In this document: positions 26,199 through 32,077 of the stretch, one piece after another | How positions within the stretch are numbered: the first letter of the stretch is position 1 | Layout: each line of letters opens with the position of its first letter | Origin: a virus | Length of the DNA stretch: 47,805 nt | Reading direction: 5' to 3' (one strand) | IMG/VR virus record: IMGVR_UViG_3300009537_000024 | Coordinates: 1 to 47,805 of that record | Made by a program: the position numbers and the translations under genes | The notes under the pieces: generated by a model | What the model saw: only the letters and a program-made list of their open reading frames with translations | The model's database searches: none | What the model was told of the DNA's origin: nothing

Positions 26199-26576
26199 TT
26201 AGGTGTTCACGCCTAAGCGTACCAGCGCGCTCTCGGCCTGCCATTCTGACAGTGCGCCCGGTCCCCAATCGTCAACGTCCAGCCGGTCCTCCCGCTCCGC
26301 GATCTTGGCCGCGTCCCGCTCCGCACCCGCAATCGAGCGCCGGTCGGACGATGCCCGCTCTTCGGGGCGGAGGCTCGGCTGGCCGCGTTGGTTGAGAGCG
26401 ATGCGGTAGCGCACCGCGCCCCAGTAAGCGTACGCTTTCGCGGCGCCTCGTGCCTGCGCCGAAGAGACGCGCACCGCGCGGATAGGACCGTGGGCGTGAA
26501 CGTACTCCGCGAGGCGCTCTCGTGCGGTGAGGGTGGGGCGTAAGGTGTTCGTGGTGGGGTCGAGGGTGAGGGTCAT
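26199..26576 (-). CDS. Hypothetical protein (125 aa)
   Basis: Clean ORF, last gene of the cassette. Confidence 0.65.
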   Translation of the reverse strand: MTLTLDPTTNTLRPTLTARERLAEYVHAHGPIRAVRVSSAQARGAAKAYAYWGAVRYRIALNQRGQPSLRPEERASSDRRSIAGAERDAAKIAEREDRLDVDDWGPGALSEWQAESALVRLGVNT

Positions 26577-26866
26577 GTGTCCAATCCTTTCTCGAAACCG
26601 TGCCGCTTCAACAGCTCATCCGTCTCGCCCCACAGCGTCCCGCAGTCTAGCCGCCCCGTCTCGCCGTCGAGCAGGCGGATGAATGCCTTGGCCATGTCGA
26701 GGAAGGCGGGACCGAGGACGCCATCGGCGCCGATAGGTGTTTCGTATCGGTCCTTGTGGTACTCGGCGTATCGGTGCAGGGCGTTCCGGAAGCCTACGAT
26801 AGGCGTTTCGGGGCCGCGCGGGACGCTCAGGGCGCGCGCGTGCATGTCGATCCAGCTGCCTTTCAT
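26573..26866 (-). CDS. Hypothetical protein (97 aa)
   Basis: Clean ORF; ATGA coupling on both sides. Confidence 0.65.
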   Translation of the reverse strand: MKGSWIDMHARALSVPRGPETPIVGFRNALHRYAEYHKDRYETPIGADGVLGPAFLDMAKAFIRLLDGETGRLDCGTLWGETDELLKRHGFEKGLDT

Positions 26867-27279
26867 TCGTCGTTCTCCTTATCAATCTCCACCCCGAGCC
26901 GTTCGGCCAGCGCGGGCGTGAGTTCTTCGAGTGCTTCGTGGTAGCCAGGGAATACAATTCCCGTGCCGCTGGCGTTGGACTGGTAGTAGAACCCATCCGT
27001 GAGTTCCAGGTAATCCCCGGAACCGTCGAGCTTCCTCACCGCGGCGTCGAACTCGGCTCGCGTGTCGAAACCGTACGCTTCGTGGACTTCGTCTTCCGGA
27101 ACCGGGCGCATTTCGTCGTACACTGTTTCGAGGGCTTCCTCGAAAGACTGCGCGCGTACGATCCACGTAGGGGCTTCGTAGTTCTGGTAGAGCCAGAGTG
27201 AACCGAAGCCGTTGTCGTATACGTTGACGGCGCTACCATCCACACGGGCGCCCGTTAGGCGTTCATCGTCGCGGATCAT
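26863..27279 (-). CDS. Acidic hypothetical protein (138 aa)
   Basis: Preceded by ggagaccacgcc-ATG, identical to the junction at 27617. MIRDDERLTG... Confidence 0.6.
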   Translation of the reverse strand: MIRDDERLTGARVDGSAVNVYDNGFGSLWLYQNYEAPTWIVRAQSFEEALETVYDEMRPVPEDEVHEAYGFDTRAEFDAAVRKLDGSGDYLELTDGFYYQSNASGTGIVFPGYHEALEELTPALAERLGVEIDKENDE

Positions 27280-27617
27280 GGCGTGGTCTCCTCGATGGCT
27301 TGGTCGATTGCGCGACCTATCAAGACTTTCGCGAATTCGGCCCCGGGCCAGGGCTTGTGAAAATCGCGGATGTGTTGGGCTCGTATGGCTTTCAACTGAC
27401 TGTGTGCGGCGGCCCGTCCTATCTTGCGGGCTTCGGCGCTGTCGGGAAGCGGTGCGCCATCGAGCGCGCGCAGTGTGTGCATCGCGCACCATATGCGGCG
27501 CCCGTCGGCGAGTTCGAGCAGCGTGTCGCATCCTTTGTTCCACGGTTCCCATTTTACTACGGTACCGTGATCGCCATAGTACGGATCACTTACGGCACGT
27601 CCGATGGGGATTGTCAT
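27276..27617 (-). CDS. Hypothetical protein (113 aa)
   Basis: ggagaccacgcc-ATG junction; lies downstream of hammerhead copy a. Confidence 0.6.
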   Translation of the reverse strand: MTIPIGRAVSDPYYGDHGTVVKWEPWNKGCDTLLELADGRRIWCAMHTLRALDGAPLPDSAEARKIGRAAAHSQLKAIRAQHIRDFHKPWPGAEFAKVLIGRAIDQAIEETTP

Positions 27618-27645
27618 GGCGTGGTCTCCGTTGCAATGCAATGCT

Positions 27646-27707
27646 GGCATCATCAGGCGACCGGAGCATACCCGATCGCGACGCGACGCGCGGTCGCGTT
27701 TCGCCCC
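27646..27707 (-). ncRNA. Type II hammerhead ribozyme-like motif, copy a (variant core spacing)
   Basis: GGGGC-GAAA-CGCGAC(cgcgc)GUCGCGU-C|GCGAUCGG(guaugcu)CCGGUCGC-CUGAUGA-U-GCC. Core nucleotides are present with one extra U before G10.1 and a weak stem II. The 5' end overlaps the UAG stop at 27707-27709. Confidence 0.55.
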
Positions 27708-27925
27708 TATTCCACAATAGTCAGTCCCGCCGATGTCAGCGCCGCGGGGCGCCATAGTGACGCTATGCGCCCCCATGCGGGATCCTGCGATGCTTTTAGC
27801 GCCGCCAACGCAGCATCGGTACCATCGCGATAGTGAGCAGCGCGATGGACGATGTCGCTGGCAAGCGATTCGGGAGTCAAGTAGAATGTGGTGTTTTCTG
27901 TGGTAGCGACGACAACGAAACACAT
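27707..27925 (-). CDS. Hypothetical protein (72 aa)
   Basis: GAGGA+8 nt before ATG 27925 (M12 of ORF 27707..27958). Confidence 0.5.
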   Translation of the reverse strand: MCFVVVATTENTTFYLTPESLASDIVHRAAHYRDGTDAALAALKASQDPAWGRIASLWRPAALTSAGLTIVE

Positions 27926-27936
27926 GGCGCTAATCC

Positions 27937-28023
27937 TCACAAGACCATCGCGAGCCACACAAGGGCCGCGAAGTAACCGAGTCCGATCACGGCGAGTCCG
28001 AGTCCGCGTCCGTTGTGTCTCAT
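27937..28023 (-). CDS. Micro-ORF encoding a 28-aa hydrophobic peptide
   Basis: MRHNGRGLGLAVIGLGYFAALVWLAMVL; ATG overlaps the upstream stop (ATGA). Below the 60-aa ORF-track cutoff. Confidence 0.35.
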   Translation of the reverse strand: MRHNGRGLGLAVIGLGYFAALVWLAMVL

Positions 28024-28196
28024 CGTAGCTTTCTCAGAAGGCGCTGCACGCGATCACGTTCCGCTGTACACTGCTCACACACTACCACGGGACAGCCCGT
28101 GACCGTCCCCGTAGGCTTGTCGCAATCCTTGCATCGGGGCTCCGGCAAGGGTAGTTCTGCGTACCATGGGCATGCTTTGTGACTGTGGCGACTCAC
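28020..28196 (-). CDS. Zinc-ribbon-like small protein (58 aa, GTG start)
   Basis: VSRHSHKACPWYAELPLPEPRCKDCDKPTGTVTGCPVVVCEQC...; GTG 28196 overlaps the stop of the preceding micro-ORF (GTGA). Confidence 0.4.
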   Translation of the reverse strand: MSRHSHKACPWYAELPLPEPRCKDCDKPTGTVTGCPVVVCEQCTAERDRVQRLLRKLR

Positions 28197-28333
28197 GAAA
28201 ACTCCCCTCTCACGAAAGCCGCCAATGTCGCGTCCGGACCATGCGCCGTCCAGTATCGCATCGCACGGCCCAAGGCGAACGAGCGGAGACCGAGAACGTT
28301 GCGGGCGAAGGCGGAGAAGGTGTATGCTCTCAT
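28193..28333 (-). CDS. Small ORF (46 aa)
   Basis: GAGGA+4 nt before ATG 28333. MRAYTFSAFARNVLGLRSFALGRAMRYWTAHGPDATLAAFVRGEFS; high GC3. Confidence 0.35.
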   Translation of the reverse strand: MRAYTFSAFARNVLGLRSFALGRAMRYWTAHGPDATLAAFVRGEFS

Positions 28334-28342
28334 GGGTTCCTC

Positions 28343-28534
28343 TCAGGGTAGGGCGTTCGGTGTGACCCGTTTGGCTCGGGAGTCGTCGCCGAAACACTTG
28401 TCGGGATGCGGAAGGAACGTCACGTTGTATCGCGTTTTGCCGTACTCTCGGACCTTGCGGATGCCTTGATCGCGATCGTACTTTCGTGCACGTTCGCGAG
28501 CGAAAGCGTAGGCTTCTTCGTAGTCATCGAACAT
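28343..28534 (-). CDS. Hypothetical protein (63 aa)
   Basis: MFDDYEEAYAFARERARKYDRDQG...; internal ATG of ORF 28343..28582. Confidence 0.5.
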   Translation of the reverse strand: MFDDYEEAYAFARERARKYDRDQGIRKVREYGKTRYNVTFLPHPDKCFGDDSRAKRVTPNALP

Positions 28535-28536
28535 GC

Positions 28537-28620
28537 TCAGTCGCTCCAGACGTAGAACCGAAGATGTTCGGAAATCCACCACGCGAGGCCGATCAGGCCG
28601 ACGATGACTTGCGGATTCAC
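28537..28620 (-). CDS. Micro-ORF encoding a 27-aa hydrophobic peptide (GTG start)
   Basis: VNPQVIVGLIGLAWWISEHLRFYVWSD; GTG overlaps the upstream stop (GTGA). Confidence 0.3.
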   Translation of the reverse strand: MNPQVIVGLIGLAWWISEHLRFYVWSD

Positions 28621-28928
28621 GCGTCGTCTCCGTAGGTTTCGACCAGGTACTCTTCGGCCTCTTCGCGCGTCTCGAATGCCGTCCAGTCCGTGCAGTCCAG
28701 GTATCCGGGAGCGGAGAGACGACAAAGAACGCCGTGCGGGTGGCGTGTCACGGTAGCGTCAAAATCGCCGCCGAAACTACGATACTCGTAGTCGCTATAC
28801 CCTTCGTCGGGGTAGTGCGAGTTGCCGTGGTTGGCGTCGATCTCGATCCACGGCCCCTCGTAGAACTCCGGCTCCATGAATCCCTCGGCCATCGTGGCAA
28901 GCGCTTGCTCGCGTTCGTGCTCGGTCAT
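28617..28928 (-). CDS. Highly acidic small protein (103 aa)
   Basis: ggagacacgcca-ATG junction. MTEHEREQALATMAEGFMEPEFYEG...EEAEEYLVETYGDDA; lies downstream of hammerhead copy b. Confidence 0.6.
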   Translation of the reverse strand: MTEHEREQALATMAEGFMEPEFYEGPWIEIDANHGNSHYPDEGYSDYEYRSFGGDFDATVTRHPHGVLCRLSAPGYLDCTDWTAFETREEAEEYLVETYGDDA

Positions 28929-28946
28929 TGGCGTGTCTCCATTGCG

Positions 28947-29020
28947 GCGTGCTGGCTCGTCAGCGGATCGGAGCATACCCGATCCGGACGCGCCCCGACA
29001 AGGGACGCGTTTCGCCACGC
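28947..29020 (-). ncRNA. Type II hammerhead ribozyme (canonical core), copy b
   Basis: GCGUGGC-GAAA-CGCGUCC(cuuguc)GGGGCGCGU-C|CGGAUCGG(guaugcu)CCGAUCCG-CUGACGA-GCCA(gca)CGC. C3-A9, G12-A14, A15.1/U16.1 and the GUC triplet are all present, and three stems pair. Confidence 0.75.
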
Positions 29021-29024
29021 CATG

Positions 29025-29264
29025 TTACTCGGCGGAAATTTGGGCGTCAATCTCGGGGTAGTCGAGGCGCATCGTCGTGAGCTTGTACAGGTCGCGCCAT
29101 TGCCGGGTGCTGTCCGGGAGCGTCGCGCCTCGCAATCGCGGCGGGCACAGCGAAAAATGCACGCGGACGGTTGCGTTGACGATGCCGGGGACTGCGGCAA
29201 CGGTGCCGACGAAGCCTTGGCCGAAGTGAATGTCGGTCTCGGGACGGTACGTTATGCGGATCAT
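29025..29264 (-). CDS. Hypothetical protein (79 aa)
   Basis: MIRITYRPETDIHFG...; ATGA coupling to the upstream gene. Confidence 0.55.
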   Translation of the reverse strand: MIRITYRPETDIHFGQGFVGTVAAVPGIVNATVRVHFSLCPPRLRGATLPDSTRQWRDLYKLTTMRLDYPEIDAQISAE

Positions 29265-29416
29265 ACGTACCTCCCACAAGCGATTGCGTAGGCGTCCGCG
29301 TGGTTCAGCAACCCGCACCCGCGCAGTACAAGCTTGATCTCGCGGCCGTGCAATTCGACGGACAGCACCGCGCGCAACCGTGCAACGGTCCATGTGTCTC
29401 GTGTCATTCGTATCAT
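29261..29416 (-). CDS. Hypothetical protein (51 aa)
   Basis: gggagaacacgcc-ATG junction of the cassette family; MIRMTRDTWTVARLRAVL... Confidence 0.5.
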   Translation of the reverse strand: MIRMTRDTWTVARLRAVLSVELHGREIKLVLRGCGLLNHADAYAIACGRYV

Positions 29417-29998
29417 GGCGTGTTCTCCCGTCGCGACATTGCGACGCCTGGTCCCTTGCCAGAAACGTGCCGGACGCGGCAAGGGCCGTAAGCGGCTTGG
29501 CTCGGCACGTACCGACAATTATTGGCGCCGCTTTGTGTCACGGCAAGCACAAAATGTCGGTGATCGGCCCTTGCCCCGTGATCGGTATCGGTGCCGGTAT
29601 CGGCCTTGTGCCGAGCCCCGTGCTTCCCGTAGGGTGACACTGGGCCGGTTCGGATACGGTCCGTAGGACGATTACGGCACAGGCACCCGTACCACGGCCC
29701 CAGAGCATGCCATTCGGTACAGGGAGCATGGCGTAGGCGTTAGGAGAACGCGCATTGTGTATGAAAATCCAACACAATCGGCCCTCCCTCAGCCTCCGGC
29801 TTGACCACGGCCCATTGCCATAACTCCGTGCCCACGCGCAGGTTACTATCCGGGCACGCGCGCGGTTCTTATCTCTGAGGCAAGGGGCGTGCCAGGCCAG
29901 AAAAAAGGGGGTGGGGAGGGGGGAAGTGCGGGGAAAGAACTATACATCTGTGGCTGGAGACTCCCGCCCCCGATCGACGCATTTTGTCGGTGCCCGGC
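29417..29998 (-). other. 580-bp non-coding island (structured leader, possible ncRNA, origin or internal promoter/terminator region)
   Basis: No ORF with coding-like composition. Multiple hairpins (cccttgcc/ggcaaggg, attgtgt/acacaat, cgtgccc/gggcacg, gggccg/cggccc three-way junction). Direct repeats (cggtatcgg x2). G-run tract at 29907-29933. Confidence 0.5.
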
Positions 29999-30163
29999 TC
30001 ACAGCCATGCCTGCCACCCCAAATGAACGAACGCCGCGAACGCAATCCCCACCTCGCCCTTCTGCCAGATCCACGCCGTGCCGATCCCCACGACGAGCAT
30101 GCTGGCGAAGTAGGCCCCGTACTTGATCCGCTCCAGAACGCGGTCGGCTCGTGTGTGGGTCAT
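29999..30163 (-). CDS. Small membrane protein (54 aa)
   Basis: MTHTRADRVLERIKYGAYFASMLVVGIGTAWIW...AFAAFVHLGWQAWL; ggagacaccccg-ATG junction; ATGA coupling. Confidence 0.55.
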   Translation of the reverse strand: MTHTRADRVLERIKYGAYFASMLVVGIGTAWIWQKGEVGIAFAAFVHLGWQAWL

Positions 30164-30384
30164 CGGGGTGTCTCCTGGTCGTTGACATTTTGTCGGTGGT
30201 CGGCTACTGCGCAGGCACTTGGCGAAGCCCGGTGCAGGCGCCAACCGCACACCCCCAGCAAGGCCCCTCCCTGCCCCGTAGCGGCCACGAAACGCTCAGC
30301 GGGTACCACCACAGGTTCGTGATTCGCGAACGCCGAACAGAGGCGCCCAGAGGCCTTGAGCGGGAAGGGCGTTTCACTGCACAT
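30160..30384 (-). CDS. Hypothetical protein (74 aa), first gene downstream of element B
   Basis: AGGAG+7 nt before ATG 30384, which lies inside the flanking palindrome. Stop overlaps the next ATG (ATGA). GC3 about 69 percent. Confidence 0.45.
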   Translation of the reverse strand: MCSETPFPLKASGRLCSAFANHEPVVVPAERFVAATGQGGALLGVCGWRLHRASPSACAVADHRQNVNDQETPR

Positions 30385-30477
30385 ATGTACACTCCTTCTT
30401 CTGATAGAACCTAAGGACAATTAGGTAATTGTCTATAGGTATTGTTCAGGGGGGTAATGCACATACGTGCAATGAAT
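30375..30477. promoter_or_regulatory. AT-rich quasi-palindromic element B (inverted copy of element A); candidate early/middle promoter-operator
   Basis: Perfect 27-bp core 30419..30445 = reverse complement of 26099..26125. Inner palindrome ACAATTA-GG-TAATTGT. On the minus strand: TAGACA(30435)-16 nt-TAGGTT(30413), then AGGAG and ATG 30384. Confidence 0.5.
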
Positions 30478-30504
30478 CTCGTAAGTCCTTTAACGAAGCC
30501 GACC

Positions 30505-30834
30505 TTATACATTTTGTACCCGGTCGACCATTGCCTTGTACAGGCCCAGTACCCGGCCTTGGGCCACCCCATGGGCCTGCCCCGTGGCCTCCGTGCCCAA
30601 GTACGCCTCCACGGCCTGCACCATATCCACCGTGTCCTCGCTCTGCCCAGCCATGTACGTGAGCGCCCGCGGCACGTCCTTCTCCGCGAACACGAGTTTT
30701 CGCCGTCGCACGGACCCGCACCCGACGTAGCGCTGCGCTGCCCGCGCCACGGCTTCGCTCCGGCACGTCACCGCCGCGCCCAGGCGGCCGTCGCGCACGA
30801 ACAGTTCACAGAAGGCCCAGGGTGTGTCAATCAT
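30505..30834 (-). CDS. Hypothetical protein (109 aa), paralog of 31074..31421
   Basis: MIDTPWAFCELF..AAVTCRSEAVARAAQRYVGCGSVRRRKL aligns with MIDSKLAHFSLV..AVVRFNDPARAKAAQKELGFGHVRAAQL. Confidence 0.65.
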   Translation of the reverse strand: MIDTPWAFCELFVRDGRLGAAVTCRSEAVARAAQRYVGCGSVRRRKLVFAEKDVPRALTYMAGQSEDTVDMVQAVEAYLGTEATGQAHGVAQGRVLGLYKAMVDRVQNV

Positions 30835-31081
30835 CGCACCACGCCTCCTTCATAGCCTCCCACTCCTCGCCCTTGCCGCGGATGACCTGGATCGGGCCGA
30901 AGTCCGTGTACAGGCACATGGACACAGGCAGGTTCGCCCGGTGCTGTGGCGGGTAGCGCCGGATCTCGTTCGTTTCGCCCACCAGGCTCCAGAACTGCTT
31001 GGCGGGTAGAGTGATGGTTTCGGGAGCAGCCCCGAGCGCTTCGCACAAGCGCCCAATGGCGCACTCAACTGAATCACGCAT
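30827..31081 (-). CDS. Hypothetical protein (84 aa)
   Basis: Clean ORF with 8-nt overlaps. Confidence 0.6.
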   Translation of the reverse strand: MRDSVECAIGRLCEALGAAPETITLPAKQFWSLVGETNEIRRYPPQHRANLPVSMCLYTDFGPIQVIRGKGEEWEAMKEAWCDD

Positions 31082-31421
31082 CGATCCCTGCCTCCCTCAG
31101 CGCCTCCTGGTACACCCGCTCCAGCTCCTCGATCGCGGCCTGGCGCGCTGCCGGGTCGGGAGCGTCGCCGACAATTTTCGGGTAGGTGCGCTCGTAGGCA
31201 AGCATGGCGGCCATGAGCCGCACGTCCTCGTCGCCAGCCATTTCCGCATAGAGGTCTACGAGCCGCCCGCCGCCCACCGACAACTGCGCCGCACGCACGT
31301 GTCCGAACCCCAGCTCCTTCTGTGCCGCCTTCGCCCGCGCCGGGTCATTGAACCGCACGACCGCGCGCACCGCGCCCTCGTGGGTAACCAGGCTGAAATG
31401 GGCCAGTTTGCTGTCGATCAT
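31074..31421 (-). CDS. Hypothetical protein (115 aa), paralog of 30505..30834
   Basis: Internal ATG 31421 overlaps the upstream stop (ATGA). Confidence 0.6.
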   Translation of the reverse strand: MIDSKLAHFSLVTHEGAVRAVVRFNDPARAKAAQKELGFGHVRAAQLSVGGGRLVDLYAEMAGDEDVRLMAAMLAYERTYPKIVGDAPDPAARQAAIEELERVYQEALREAGIDA

Positions 31422-31741
31422 TGTACGTCCGTATCCTCCACGATGTTGACCCACGGGTGTTTCCGTCCAGCTTCTGTACACTCTCGGTAGCCCGGAAAGT
31501 GCGGATCCTCCATCGCGCGCTCGATGATGCGCAGGGAAGACAGCAGCGCGGACCTCGCAGCGGCCAGAGCGGTGTTGGTCGTGTAAATCGACAGTTCCTG
31601 TCCAAAGCCCAGCCACGGCGTCTGCCGGATCAGCCACTCGCGCGGTCCCACCATAACCTCCAGCGGGGCCACGTTCAACGAAAACCAGCCCGGCTTTTCT
31701 GCCAACGGGCGCCAGACGGGTCTGTATTTGTCGGGGATCAT
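31418..31741 (-). CDS. Hypothetical protein (107 aa)
   Basis: Clean ORF, ATGA coupling. Confidence 0.6.
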   Translation of the reverse strand: MIPDKYRPVWRPLAEKPGWFSLNVAPLEVMVGPREWLIRQTPWLGFGQELSIYTTNTALAAARSALLSSLRIIERAMEDPHFPGYRECTEAGRKHPWVNIVEDTDVQ

Positions 31742-32070
31742 AGCCCTCCTTCGTACTCTCTCAACCGTTCCTTCAAAAACGCCACGGCCCGCGCCACCTG
31801 GTTCCGGTCCAGCTTCTCCGCCAGTGCCGCCTCCCGGTGCGTGGCACCCTGCAAAATCCGTACCAGCGCGCTCGCCTCCCGGACCGCGCCCGCGTCGAAC
31901 AGGTACTCGATCGCGGCTTTCAGGTCCACGCGAAAATCCAAAGCCCGCTCCTCGCCCTCCGACACTGCTGTGTAGAGGTCACCCATGTACGACAGCCAAC
32001 GGGGCCGCCGGCCCGCTGAGCGCGAGATTTCCAACATTCTCGCCGTAACCTTGTCTGAATTTGTCGACAT
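31738..32070 (-). CDS. Small HTH protein resembling sigma-70 region 4 / LuxR-type DNA-binding domain
   Basis: ILQGATHREAALAEKLDRNQVARAVAFLKERL fits the region-4.2 HTH pattern. It is the first gene of the minus arm. Start may be 32070 or 31986. Confidence 0.45.
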   Translation of the reverse strand: MSTNSDKVTARMLEISRSAGRRPRWLSYMGDLYTAVSEGEERALDFRVDLKAAIEYLFDAGAVREASALVRILQGATHREAALAEKLDRNQVARAVAFLKERLREYEGGL

Positions 32071-32077
32071 CGACGCC

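Noticed and set aside
29642-29700. tRNA-like three-way junction closed by gggccg/cggccc, with ggttcggata resembling a T-loop
   Set aside because: It is only about 60 nt. The acceptor stem has 6 bp followed by a mismatch, there is no proper T or D arm and no anticodon stem. Not a tRNA.
29911-30126. Plus-strand ORFs in the non-coding island and around element B (29911..30126, 29984..30322, 30429..30662, 30442..30855)
   Set aside because: The products are P/R/S-rich with low-complexity junk composition. They are antisense to coupled minus-strand genes, or they start inside the palindromic element (the MSIGIVQ peptide appears on opposite strands at both elements purely because of the inverted repeat).
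26070-30477. Invertible DNA segment (Gin/Hin-type switch) suggested by the inverted 103-bp elements
   Set aside because: No serine or tyrosine recombinase is recognisable anywhere in the closed genome, and all genes inside share the orientation of the flanking genes. It is kept only as a minor alternative under the regulatory-element finding.
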